From: Nitrososphaerota archaeon
Lineage (GTDB): Archaea > Thermoproteota > Nitrososphaeria > PSMU01
Length of the DNA: 64,000 nt
Direction of reading: 5' to 3'
NCBI GenBank assembly: GCA_040290255.1
Contig: PSMU01000003.1
Coordinates: forward strand, 32,001-96,000
The position numbers and the translations under genes are program-made. A model generated the notes under the pieces. That model ran no database searches, had not been told where the DNA came from, and saw only the letters and a program-made list of their open reading frames with translations. Position 1 is the first letter of the stretch. Every line of letters begins with the position of its first letter. Below, one piece after another: positions 1 to 9,098 of the stretch.

Positions 1-2
1 TC

Positions 3-1271
3 GAGCAGCTCATGGAGCACGCGTTAAAGGAGCTGGGCCTCGGGAAGTATTACACGAACGCGCTGCTCGTGCACGAGGATGGCACGATCGAGGGCTTCGA
101 CCTCAGGCTTCAGGGGGCCAAGCACAAGGTGGTGGAGACGCTGCAGGACGAAGCTGCCTTCAGCGTGGGAATAGGGGACTCGTTCAACGACCTGCAGATG
201 CTGAGGTCCGTGGACCTCCCCATCCTCTTCAACCCCGCCGAGGCGATCAGGGATTATTTTAGGGGGGCGCCCATCTTCAGGAACCTCGCCGACCTAAAGC
301 GCTTTCTGCTGGCCCTCCTCGAGGGCCTCTCATCCCCCGCGCGCGTGCTCGTGGCGGACAGGCTGGCCGAGCAGGGGCTTAGGCTGCTCAGGAAGGCCTT
401 TCGAGTCGACGTGCTCCCCGGCCTCACGCATGAGGAGCTGCTGAAGCTCCTGGGCGAATATGATGCCGTCGTGGTGAGGGGGTCCGCCAAGCTGGATGCC
501 GAGGCGCTCTCAAGGGCCAGAAGGCTGAAGGCCATCGCCAGGGCCGGCATAGGCCTCGATAACATAGATCTGAGCGAAGCCAAGGCCAGGGGAATCAGGG
601 TGCTGTACGACCCTTATGGCAGCGTGATGAGCGTGGCCGAGCATACGATCCTGCTCATGCTGGCGCTCTCGAGAAATCTGGTGAGGGCCTCCAGCGCCCT
701 GAAGGAAGGAAGGTGGGAGAAGGAGAGGTACGTGGGCAGGGAGCTATACGGCAAAACGCTGGCGATCGTGGGGCTGGGCAAGATAGGAGGGGAGGTGGCA
801 AAGCGGGCCAGGGCCTTCGGCATGCGCGTGGTGGCCTATGACCCCTATGCGCCCCCTGAAAGGTTCTCGTCGCTGGGCGTCCTGAGGAAGGCGGAGCTCG
901 CCGAGGCCCTGGCGGAGGCGGACTACATCAGCGTTCATACGCCCAAGGTGCCGGGGCTCATCGGCGAAAAGGAGCTGAGCTACGTAAAGCCGGGCGCCTT
1001 CCTCATCAACACCTCGAGGGGAGGGGTGGTCGACGAGCGGGCCCTTTATGAAGCCCTGAAGGGAGGCCGCCTGGCCGGCGCGGCGCTGGATGTCTTTGAG
1101 CAGGAGCCGCCCGGCGCCGCTGCCCTCGCGCTGCTCTCGCTGGACAGCGTCATCGCCACCCCCCACGTCGCCGGCTCGACGGCGGAGGCGCAGGAGAGGA
1201 TAAGCGCGTACATAGCCATCACGCTGTTGAGGTGCCTGCTGGGCGAGCGCGTCGAGAACGAGGCCGCATAG
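3..1271 (+). CDS. serA: ThrH-like HAD phosphoserine phosphatase fused to D-3-phosphoglycerate dehydrogenase (5' end lies outside the window)
   Basis: N-part has HAD motif IV GIGDSFNDLQML and AKHKVV. C-part has RAGIGLDNID, the Rossmann GLGKIG, INTSRG, ALDVFEQEP and TPHVAGST. The frame is open to the window edge upstream of ATG 12. Confidence 0.85.
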   Translation, partial: EQLMEHALKELGLGKYYTNALLVHEDGTIEGFDLRLQGAKHKVVETLQDEAAFSVGIGDSFNDLQMLRSVDLPILFNPAEAIRDYFRGAPIFRNLADLKRFLLALLEGLSSPARVLVADRLAEQGLRLLRKAFRVDVLPGLTHEELLKLLGEYDAVVVRGSAKLDAEALSRARRLKAIARAGIGLDNIDLSEAKARGIRVLYDPYGSVMSVAEHTILLMLALSRNLVRASSALKEGRWEKERYVGRELYGKTLAIVGLGKIGGEVAKRARAFGMRVVAYDPYAPPERFSSLGVLRKAELAEALAEADYISVHTPKVPGLIGEKELSYVKPGAFLINTSRGGVVDERALYEALKGGRLAGAALDVFEQEPPGAAALALLSLDSVIATPHVAGSTAEAQERISAYIAITLLRCLLGERVENEAA

Positions 1272-1322
1272 GCCTCGCTTCGAGAGGAGGCTGCTCGGGG
1301 GCTTAAACTTATACGAAGCAGC

Positions 1323-2342
1323 ATGCATTCACCTGCGATGAAGGCGGCACTGCTGGAGGGCAAGGGCCTTGAATCGCTCTCCATAAAGGAGGTCTTGGCC
1401 CCCGAGCCGGGTCCCCATGACGTGCTGCTGAGGGTCACGCTGGCCGCGGTCAACCCCGTCGATTACTTCGTGATACAGGGAACAAGGGCGGTGGCGCGCC
1501 TTCCGCACGTGCCTGGGGCGGAGTTCACGGGCATCATAGAGAGGGTGGGCGAGCATGTGGAGGACTTTAAGCCGGGCCAGAGGGTCGCGGTGTACAACAG
1601 GCTGTATGATGGAACGTGCAATATCTGCCTGCGCGGCATGGAAATGCTCTGCCCGAGCGGGGGGATCATGGGGGTCGTGAGCTGGGGAGGCTTCTCCGAG
1701 CTGGTGCTCTTGCCCTCGAAGAACGTCCTGCCGCTGCCGGATAATGTCTCCGACGAGATGGCGGCCAGCCTCCCCGTGGCGGCGCTCACGCCCTATCATG
1801 CCCTTGTGAGGGCTGGCACCGCCGCCGGGGAAACGGTCTGCGTCGTGGGCGCGTCGGGGAACACGGGCATGTTTGCCGTGCAGCTGGCCAAGCTGATGGG
1901 CGCGAAGGTCATCGCCCTCTCCAGGAAGGCGTGGCTCAGGGAGCTGGGCGCCGATGCCGTGGTCCCTCCGGAGGGGGCCACGGACGAAGTGAGCAGGCTC
2001 ACGGATGGACGCATGGCCGACGTGGTCGTGGACCCCCTGGGCGCGAGGACCTTCGACGCCAGCCTTCAGCTGCTGGGCCTCACGGGCAGGTTCGTGACCT
2101 TCGGCGTGCTGACGGGCGCCGACGTCAGGGTTTCACTGGCCTCCCTTTACAACAGGCACCTCTCGCTGCTGGGCGTGACGGGGGGAACCAAGAAGGAGCT
2201 GGCCGAGCTCATCGCCATGGCCTCCGAGGGCAAGCTAAGGGTTAAGGTCTGGAGGATCTATCCGCTGGAGCAGATCAGGGCGGCCGTGGAGGCGCTCTTC
2301 GACGGCAACAGGAACGGCAGGGTGCTTGTCAAGGTCGGCTAG
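1323..2342 (+). CDS. MDR-superfamily zinc-binding alcohol dehydrogenase / quinone oxidoreductase-like protein
   Basis: GroES-like N-domain (VNPVD, PGAEFTG), structural Zn motif D-x2-C-x2-C-x7-C, Rossmann GASGNTG, C-terminal GRVLV. TATA-like TTAAACTTATA at ~1303-1313. Confidence 0.85.
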   Translation: MHSPAMKAALLEGKGLESLSIKEVLAPEPGPHDVLLRVTLAAVNPVDYFVIQGTRAVARLPHVPGAEFTGIIERVGEHVEDFKPGQRVAVYNRLYDGTCNICLRGMEMLCPSGGIMGVVSWGGFSELVLLPSKNVLPLPDNVSDEMAASLPVAALTPYHALVRAGTAAGETVCVVGASGNTGMFAVQLAKLMGAKVIALSRKAWLRELGADAVVPPEGATDEVSRLTDGRMADVVVDPLGARTFDASLQLLGLTGRFVTFGVLTGADVRVSLASLYNRHLSLLGVTGGTKKELAELIAMASEGKLRVKVWRIYPLEQIRAAVEALFDGNRNGRVLVKVG

Positions 2343-2891
2343 CGCGCAGCCCCCCTGCGTCCGCATTAGGGCGTAAACGGCGTTTGCCGCGCAATGATGG
2401 AGGACGCAAGGGTTTCTCACGGCAGGAGGGCCTCGACGCGTCACGTTGCCGAAAACGGCCAGGTGTCGGGCAGGAGGCCAAGAGGTTGGCGGTGAGCTGG
2501 CCCCCACCTGAAGCCGTAGCCCCCTCAAGTTGCCGAGGCCAGGGCGTTAAGAGGCGCCTGCGTAATGTTGAGCGCGCTGACCGTGAGCTTGAGCTCCACG
2601 GCCCTTGAGCTATGCGCTCTCAGGCAAAGGATGGGAAAGGAGGGGCCCACCTGAAGGTTGCCGAGGCACAATGGGATGCTGCCGGCTATTTCGGGCGTGG
2701 AAAAGGAGGTCGGGATCCAAAAGTCTAGCCGAACGGAAAGGCCAAGGAGGGCGCCGCCGCAGATGGCCCTCCTGAGGCCCTGCGCGCTCACGCGAAGCTC
2801 TTGAGCGGCCGGTAGTGCTCGAGAACCGGCACGGCCAACAGCAGGGGACGGCCAGCGCGAGCAGCAGCGAAGACCGCTTCAAGGACAAGGC

Positions 2892-3761
2892 CTATTGCGT
2901 TGTATCTTTAAGGCCCGCGCAGTGCCTGAGCCTCCCGTAGAGCCGCGCATAGGCCTCATCTATGGCCCTAGAGGGGATGCGTAGCCTGAGCCTCGCCAGC
3001 TCGCGCCCTGCCCGCCGCGGGTCCGAGGAAAAGGCTTCATCAAGATGGCTCAGGGCGCGCAGCAGCGATTTGCTCACCTCGCCCGCGAAGGGATTGAGTG
3101 ACCTGAGAGCAACATAAAGGCCGGGCTCCTCCTTGAGGAGGCCGAGCGCCAGCAGCGAGAGCTGCACAAATCTCGGACCGCCCACCTCTTCTGCTCTGGT
3201 CAAGAGTCCCCTTGCCACGGCGGCGAAGGAGGCGCAGGCCAAGAAGGGACCCCAGAGCGTCCTTGCCATAAGAAGGTCGTGCTGCCTTGCACGAAGCAGC
3301 AGCAGCCTGAACCCGGGGAAGAGCGCGCGGGCGGTCATCAGCTCCTCGGCCGGGCTCCTCACGCCCACCACGATCATCGCGCCCCTGTGCCCCAGCCTGG
3401 CCCCGGGCCCGAATAGAGGGTGCAGCGACAGCACCTTCAGCCCGCTCTTGGCCGCGGCCCTCAGCTGGTCGAGCATAAAGAGCTTGGCCGAGCAGATCTC
3501 CGCGAGAAGCTGGCCGGGCTTCATCGCGCTCGAATACTCGGCCAGCGCCTCCCTCATGGCCTGAGGTGGAACCGAGAGCAGGACCAGGTCATAGAGGGAT
3601 GGATGCGGGCGGCGCACTAGTTGTACGCCCAGCGCCCTGCTGGCCAGCCTTGCCCTGCGCCCATCCACATCGTATATGTGCACGCCGAAGCCCCTGCGCT
3701 TAAAGTAGCGCGTCATCCACATGCCCATCCTCCCCGACCCTCCTACGATCAGCACCTTCAT
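2892..3761 (-). CDS. tyrA: Prephenate/arogenate dehydrogenase
   Basis: N-terminal GGSGRMG, SLHPLFGP and HDLLMA motifs; last gene of the aro operon. Confidence 0.85.
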   Translation of the reverse strand: MKVLIVGGSGRMGMWMTRYFKRRGFGVHIYDVDGRRARLASRALGVQLVRRPHPSLYDLVLLSVPPQAMREALAEYSSAMKPGQLLAEICSAKLFMLDQLRAAAKSGLKVLSLHPLFGPGARLGHRGAMIVVGVRSPAEELMTARALFPGFRLLLLRARQHDLLMARTLWGPFLACASFAAVARGLLTRAEEVGGPRFVQLSLLALGLLKEEPGLYVALRSLNPFAGEVSKSLLRALSHLDEAFSSDPRRAGRELARLRLRIPSRAIDEAYARLYGRLRHCAGLKDTTQ

Positions 3762-4978
3762 GGCGTAGCGCCGTCGGCCTCCTCCCCGCTAAACCGACAA
3801 TACCTTGCTGGCCGCGGGGCCAGGGCCACGAAATCGCCATAGGGGCCATACGCGGTGCCTGGCACCATCATAACCGCCTTCGGCAGGAGCCTTGTCAGGG
3901 CCTTTGGGCCAAGGCCCCGCACCCTCACGAAGGCGCTAATGCCGCCCTCGGGCTCCAAGAAGTCCACGGGAAGGCCCCGCAGCAGGCCCAGGAGCGCGTC
4001 TAACGCCCGAAGGGCGGAGGCGGCGTCGATGCGCGCCCCTGCATTAGAGGGCAGGAAGAAGCCTCGTCCTAACAGCAGCGCCCTGAGCGCCCTGGCCCTG
4101 GCGGCCAGCCGCGGGGGCATGGCCAAGAAGGGCAGCGCAGGGCCCTGCGGCCCCAGGCGGGCTGAGGCGCAGATCATGCCTTCTGCCCCCACCTCCGCGA
4201 GGCTGATAAAGCGCCCCCTGACGAGGCCGGAGCGAGACTCATCGCTCAGCACGAGGGCCCTTCTGCTCGAGGCTAGGGAGGCCAGCTCGCCCAGCTCCCG
4301 GGCGGAGAAGACGCGCCCCGTTGGGTTCTGGGGGGAGCTCAGGACGATGAGCTTGGTGGCCGCGGAGGCCTGTGCCTGAATGCGCTGCAGGGGCAGGGCC
4401 CATCGCTCCTCCAGCGACGAGGGCGCTTCAACTATCCTGGCGCCCGCCAGCGTGGCCAGGCGCGCATAGAGCCCGATGGCAGGGCGGATGATGTGAGCCG
4501 TATCGCCGGGGCCTAGGCAGCTCAGGAAGGCTATGTGCAGGGCAAACCTGACGGAGGGCGCCGCGACGAGGTTGCTGGGCTTGGCCTCCAGGCCCTGTTC
4601 TGCCATGGCGGCGGCCACCTGGCGCTCGAGCGAGCCCCAGCTGAGCGGCGCGCGTGCATCTCGCACGCTTATGCTGGGCCAGAGGTCCAGCTCTGGGGCC
4701 GATGTGGGCTCAGGCGCATCGTGGCCCTGTCTTTGTAGGGCCTCCTCGAACAGGAGCGCCAGTAGCCTCAGCACGAACCGGCGTCGCAGGCGCAGGCGCC
4801 GGGCTTTCTTAAGGGCCAGGCTCAACAGATGGGCCTCCTGCTGGGGGTCGCTGAGCTCCAGGCCCCCCCACCTCTTGAGCTCCCCTATCCTTGCCGCGAG
4901 CTCCAGCCTTTCCGAGCAGAGCTCCAGAAGCTGCAGGGTGAGCCGCTCGACCTGCGCCCTCAGCTGCCCTATTCCCAT
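3758..4978 (-). CDS. AroQ-type chorismate mutase fused to a degenerate class I/II aminotransferase domain
   Basis: N-terminal LR..(ER)..IGELK..DPQQE..Q chorismate mutase pattern. C-part has SPQNPTG and VLSDE but no SxSK Schiff-base lysine motif. Confidence 0.75.
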   Translation of the reverse strand: MGIGQLRAQVERLTLQLLELCSERLELAARIGELKRWGGLELSDPQQEAHLLSLALKKARRLRLRRRFVLRLLALLFEEALQRQGHDAPEPTSAPELDLWPSISVRDARAPLSWGSLERQVAAAMAEQGLEAKPSNLVAAPSVRFALHIAFLSCLGPGDTAHIIRPAIGLYARLATLAGARIVEAPSSLEERWALPLQRIQAQASAATKLIVLSSPQNPTGRVFSARELGELASLASSRRALVLSDESRSGLVRGRFISLAEVGAEGMICASARLGPQGPALPFLAMPPRLAARARALRALLLGRGFFLPSNAGARIDAASALRALDALLGLLRGLPVDFLEPEGGISAFVRVRGLGPKALTRLLPKAVMMVPGTAYGPYGDFVALAPRPARYCRFSGEEADGATP

Positions 4979-6078
4979 TTCCCTCTAAGCACGGGCGGGA
5001 TGAGCCCCGCTCTGAGCGCGTGGTCCGCCAGCACCAGCGCTGTCACCGCCTCGACCACGGGCACCGCCCTGGGCACCACGCAGGGGTCATGCCGGCCGGG
5101 CACAACGATCTCGACCTCCTCCTTGCTGCGCAGGTCGACGGTCCTCTGGGGCTTCGCGATGGAAGCGGGGGGCTTAAAGGCCACCCTGAAGACGATGGGT
5201 TGCCCGGTGCTGAGGCCGCCCACGATGCCTCCGGCGTTATTGGAGGCGGGCTGCACGCGGTCCGCGCGAAGGATGAAGGGATCGTTATTCTGCGAGCCTC
5301 TTAGCCCCGCCGCCTCAAACCCCCGGCCGAACTCCACGCCCTTGGCCGCGGGGATGGCCATGAGCGCCCTGCTTAGGTCCGCATCGAGCGCGCCGAAGAA
5401 GGGCTCCCCCAGGCCCACGGGGGCGTTCAGCGCCACACACTCCACGATGCCGCCCACGCTATCGCCCTGCCTTCTGGCCTCTAGGATTTGGCGCTTCATC
5501 TCCTCCGCGGCCACGGGGTCCGGGCACCTTACGTCGTTGGAATACCGAAGCTCCCTTATCTTCGCGACCTCGGGCACGCGGGCCCTCACGCCCGCTATCT
5601 CCAACGAGTAGGCCAGCACCTCTATGCCGAGGGACGCCATCAGGAGCTTCTTAGCTATGGCCCCCGCGGCCACGAGCGGGGCCGTCAGCCTCCCGGAGAA
5701 CCGCCCGCCTCCCCTCCAGTCGTTGAACCCGCCATACTTGATGCGCGCAAAGTAATCGGCGTGGCTCGGCCTGGGCCTATGCTTTAGCGCTTCATATGCC
5801 TCGGGCCGCGCGTCCACGTTCCTTATGATGAGGCAGATGGGCGCGCCGGTGGTCCTGCCCTCGAAGAGGCCCGAGAGCACCTCCACCCGATCGGGCTCCC
5901 TTCTCAGGCTCGAGACCAGCGACTGGCCCGGCTTCCTGAGGTCTAGCTCCCGCTGTATCTCCTGAAGCTCCAGCTCCAGGCCCGCCGGGCAGCCGTCGAT
6001 GAAGGCGCCCACACAGGCCCCATGGCTCTCTCCGAAGAGCCCCACGACGAACCTTTCGCCCAGCAGGTTGCCGCCCAT
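4969..6078 (-). CDS. aroC: Chorismate synthase
   Basis: GESHG, RPSHAD, GGGRFSGR, NNAGGIVGG and GRHDPC motifs. Confidence 0.97.
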   Translation of the reverse strand: MGGNLLGERFVVGLFGESHGACVGAFIDGCPAGLELELQEIQRELDLRKPGQSLVSSLRREPDRVEVLSGLFEGRTTGAPICLIIRNVDARPEAYEALKHRPRPSHADYFARIKYGGFNDWRGGGRFSGRLTAPLVAAGAIAKKLLMASLGIEVLAYSLEIAGVRARVPEVAKIRELRYSNDVRCPDPVAAEEMKRQILEARRQGDSVGGIVECVALNAPVGLGEPFFGALDADLSRALMAIPAAKGVEFGRGFEAAGLRGSQNNDPFILRADRVQPASNNAGGIVGGLSTGQPIVFRVAFKPPASIAKPQRTVDLRSKEEVEIVVPGRHDPCVVPRAVPVVEAVTALVLADHALRAGLIPPVLRGKWE

Positions 6079-7361
6079 CAGACCACCTCCGGCCTAGCTC
6101 CCAGGCTCTTCAGCGCCCGCAGATAGCCGGGAAAGGACTTGCGCACGCAGCGCGGCTCCAGGACCAGCGCGCCCTTCGGCAGGGCGAAGGCCAGGGCACA
6201 ATATGCCATGAAGAGCCTGTGGTCGCCTTGGGGATCGAGGACCGCCGACCTGGGCTCGCCGCGCCATATCCTCAGCCCCTGCTCACGCTCCTCCACCTGC
6301 AACCCTGCCTCCCGCAGCCCCTGTGCCAGCGCGCTCAGCCTATCGCTCTCCTTGAACCTGGCGTGCGCGACCCCGCCGATCTCCACCGCCTCGCGGCAGG
6401 CCACGGACAGCGCCGCCAGCACGGGGAGCAGGTCTGGGGCCTCGCCCAGCTCGAAGGTGCCGCCGCGCAGCTCCCCCGGGGCCCTGACGCTGAGCGAGCC
6501 CTGGCCATCGAGCTCGAGCTCGCAGCCCAGCTCCCTCAGCAGCCTAAGCCCCAGCGCATCGGCCTGAGGGAGGTCGAGCGCCAGTTCTCGTATGAGAGCC
6601 TCGCCTCCCGAGAGGATGACGGCGGCGGCGAGCAGCAGCGAGAGGCCTATGTCGCCCGGCGTCAGCACCTCCTGGGCCTGAAGCGATTGGCCGGAGGGGA
6701 CAATGAACTCGGAGCCGTGCCTCCTGATGCTGCCCCCAAAGAGCGAGACCGCGGCAAGCGTGGCGTCCACATACGGCGCCGAGACGAGCTTCCCCAAGAC
6801 GCGCATGCGGGCCTCCTGCTCGGCCCGAAGCGAGGCCAGCAGCAGGCCGGAAAGGAACTGCGAGGAGACGTCGCCGCGCAGAGAGGTGCTGCCCCCCCTA
6901 AGCCCTCCCCCCTCCACCACGACGGGCAGCACGCCCTTGCCCGTGGTGGACCTGGCCCTGGAGCCCAGCCCCTCCAACGCCTCCAGCAGGGGGAGCATGG
7001 GCCTCCTCCTCAGGGCTTCGTTGCCCGTGAGCACGGAGAGGCCGGGAGGCGTGAGCGCGCAGAGAGGTATGAAGAACCGCGCCGTGGTCCCCGAGCCCCC
7101 CGCATCGATCACGTCCTCCGGCAGGCGCAGGCGCTCCGGGGGCGCCACGGTCCAAACGCCAGGGCGGCGCAGCACCCTTGCGCCCAGCTGCATGCAGGCC
7201 CTGAGCGTGGCCTCGGTATCGTCGCAGGTGAGCGGCCGCCGAATGATGGTCTCCCCCGATGAGAGCAGGGCCAGGGCGAGGAAGCGATGGGTATAGCTCT
7301 TGCTGGCCGGTGCCCTTATCTCGCCCCTTAGCCTGGTGGGCCTTATCCTAACCCCCCTCAG
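6078..7361 (-). CDS. aroA: EPSP synthase; true start is upstream of the tracked ORF, apparently CTG overlapping the aroK TGA
   Basis: The in-frame upstream extension reads LRGVRIRPTRLRGEIRAPASKSYTHR..DDTEAT. Internal GGSGTTARF, RRPM, SSQFLS, KESDRL and DHR motifs. Confidence 0.92.
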   Translation of the reverse strand: MRGVRIRPTRLRGEIRAPASKSYTHRFLALALLSSGETIIRRPLTCDDTEATLRACMQLGARVLRRPGVWTVAPPERLRLPEDVIDAGGSGTTARFFIPLCALTPPGLSVLTGNEALRRRPMLPLLEALEGLGSRARSTTGKGVLPVVVEGGGLRGGSTSLRGDVSSQFLSGLLLASLRAEQEARMRVLGKLVSAPYVDATLAAVSLFGGSIRRHGSEFIVPSGQSLQAQEVLTPGDIGLSLLLAAAVILSGGEALIRELALDLPQADALGLRLLRELGCELELDGQGSLSVRAPGELRGGTFELGEAPDLLPVLAALSVACREAVEIGGVAHARFKESDRLSALAQGLREAGLQVEEREQGLRIWRGEPRSAVLDPQGDHRLFMAYCALAFALPKGALVLEPRCVRKSFPGYLRALKSLGARPEVV

Positions 7362-8224
7362 GCCAGCCTCACCGCCTTAGCCCTAGAGCTGCAGAGCGCA
7401 GCCCTCAGCACGGTTTCGCCGTGGCCTGCCCAGGCCTCGGCTATGCGCCTCGCGCATAAGGGCCTGCAGACAGCCGCCACGGCGGGGCCCGTGCCCGTGA
7501 GCCCGGCCGCGAGCGCGCCCTCTTCCAGCGCCTGCAGGGCGGCGAGGGGGGATTCGTCCAACGCGGCGCAGCAGAGCAGTCCGTTCAGCGTCATGGCGAG
7601 CGGCCAGCGTCCCTGCAGGACCAGCTCGAGGGCCTGCTCCGCAAGCGGCCTGAGGGCCCTGAGCTTGGACACCGGCACCAGGGCCTTGGGCCTGACCCTC
7701 TCCGGCACCAGGAGAAGGGCTACGAGGCCCCTGGGTGCCCTCAGCCTCCTCAGCACCCGAAGCTCTTCACAGTTGGCCACCGCGAGTCCCCCCAGCAGGC
7801 AGGCGGCGGCATCGTCCACCGCGCCCGTTATGCTGACGCCGGCCTCCCTACAGGCGAGGGCCACGAGCCTCAGCAGCTCCTCATCCGAGGCCCTCTGGCC
7901 CAGGGCGGCGATGGTCGCGAGGGCCACGGCCACGGCCACGGCGCTCGAGCTCTTCAGGCCCCTGGAGGGGGGTATCTCCGAATCGACCCGTACTTCCGCG
8001 CCCATCCCCCTTCCTCCGAAGGCCTGCAGGGCCCTGGCGCACACGAGCCTGGGCAGCGCGCCGCCTGCAATGCCCGCCGCGGCCCCCGTAACCCTAACCT
8101 CCCCGGAGCGATCCAGGCGCACGTCCGCGCAGGCCCTCAGCCTTATGGCCAAGGCCGCGCCTTTGCCCGAGGGTATCGCATTAACGATGGATATCGCGCC
8201 ATGGGCGATGGCCCTAGCCCTCAA
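7358..8224 (-). CDS. aroK: Archaeal (GHMP-family) shikimate kinase
   Basis: AHGAISIVNA, IPPSRGLKSSSA, SITGAVDD and GLTGTGP motifs; likely TTG start at 8224. Confidence 0.92.
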   Translation of the reverse strand: MRARAIAHGAISIVNAIPSGKGAALAIRLRACADVRLDRSGEVRVTGAAAGIAGGALPRLVCARALQAFGGRGMGAEVRVDSEIPPSRGLKSSSAVAVAVALATIAALGQRASDEELLRLVALACREAGVSITGAVDDAAACLLGGLAVANCEELRVLRRLRAPRGLVALLLVPERVRPKALVPVSKLRALRPLAEQALELVLQGRWPLAMTLNGLLCCAALDESPLAALQALEEGALAAGLTGTGPAVAAVCRPLCARRIAEAWAGHGETVLRAALCSSRAKAVRLA

Positions 8225-9098
8225 GGCCCAGTTCCCTCCGCAGAACTGCGTGCATGAGGCGAAGCGGAGCGCGCCGGCCGGTCCAGAGCTCAAAGGCCCT
8301 GGCCGCCTGGCCCAGGAGCATCAAGTGGCCGGGCACGGCCTTGCTGCTCAGCCTTGCAGCGAGCTTCAGCAGCGGAGTCTTCGGCGGCCTATAGAGCAGG
8401 TCCAAGACCGCCCCAGTGCCCATGAGGAGCCTTGGGGAGATGGGTACCTCCACGCCCAAGAGCAGAGGCGTGGCGTTGACCAGCAGCCCAAAGTCGCCTT
8501 CGGCCGAGGAGAGCCACTCAAGCGGCCTGTACCTAGCATCGAGGTCCAGGGCCCTGGCCAGGCCGACGAGCTGCTCAGCCCTCTCGCGGCTCCTGTTGCA
8601 GATGAGCGCCTCGCCCAGGCCCTGGGCCCGGAGCGCTACGAGCACGGCCCTGGCCGCGCCGCCCGCGCCCACGAGCAGGGCGCTCTTGCCCCTTACCTCT
8701 ACGCGCCGCGCGCCCAGCGCGAACGTGACGCCGTCCACGTCGGTGTTGTAGGCCAGCAGCCTGCCTTCGCGGTTCACCACGGTGTTGAGCGCCCCTGCAA
8801 GCCGAGCCTCCTCGCTCAGCCAATCCACATGGGCGAGGGCCTCCACCTTGTAGGGCATAGTGACGTTAAAGCCTGCCCATAGGGCGCGAAGGCCCGCGAA
8901 GGCCTCCGCAAGCTTCGGGGGCGGCACGCTGAGCGCCACGTAGACCGCGTGAAGGCCGAGCCTGTGAAAGGCGGCGTTGTGCATGGCGGGGGAGGGGGAG
9001 CGCGCGACATCCTGCCCCAGGAGCCCATAAAGCGCCATCGCCGCCGGGACCTCCCGCCGCTGGGCCTGGGCCATGCTACTTCTCGATGATGAATTCAT
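8214..9098 (-). CDS. aroE: Shikimate dehydrogenase (exact start uncertain)
   Basis: SPSPAMHN, GFNVTMPYK, GALNT, YNTD, GAGGAARA and NRS motifs. Confidence 0.95.
   Translation of the reverse strand: MNSSSRSSMAQAQRREVPAAMALYGLLGQDVARSPSPAMHNAAFHRLGLHAVYVALSVPPPKLAEAFAGLRALWAGFNVTMPYKVEALAHVDWLSEEARLAGALNTVVNREGRLLAYNTDVDGVTFALGARRVEVRGKSALLVGAGGAARAVLVALRAQGLGEALICNRSRERAEQLVGLARALDLDARYRPLEWLSSAEGDFGLLVNATPLLLGVEVPISPRLLMGTGAVLDLLYRPPKTPLLKLAARLSSKAVPGHLMLLGQAARAFELWTGRRAPLRLMHAVLRRELGLEG

Noticed and set aside
2343-2891. RNase P RNA, SRP RNA, TPP riboswitch or degenerate CRISPR in the gap
   Set aside because: No GAGGAA-x-UCC, SRP helix-8 or CUGAGA signatures in proper context. The GTTGCCGA repeats are too short and irregularly spaced (84 and 128 nt).
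7443-8882. Long antisense ORFs (e.g. 479 aa here; also 6219-7262, 56322-57260, 39131-39916)
   Set aside because: Shadow frames of well-supported genes in high-GC DNA. Ser/Ala/Arg/Pro-rich with no motifs.
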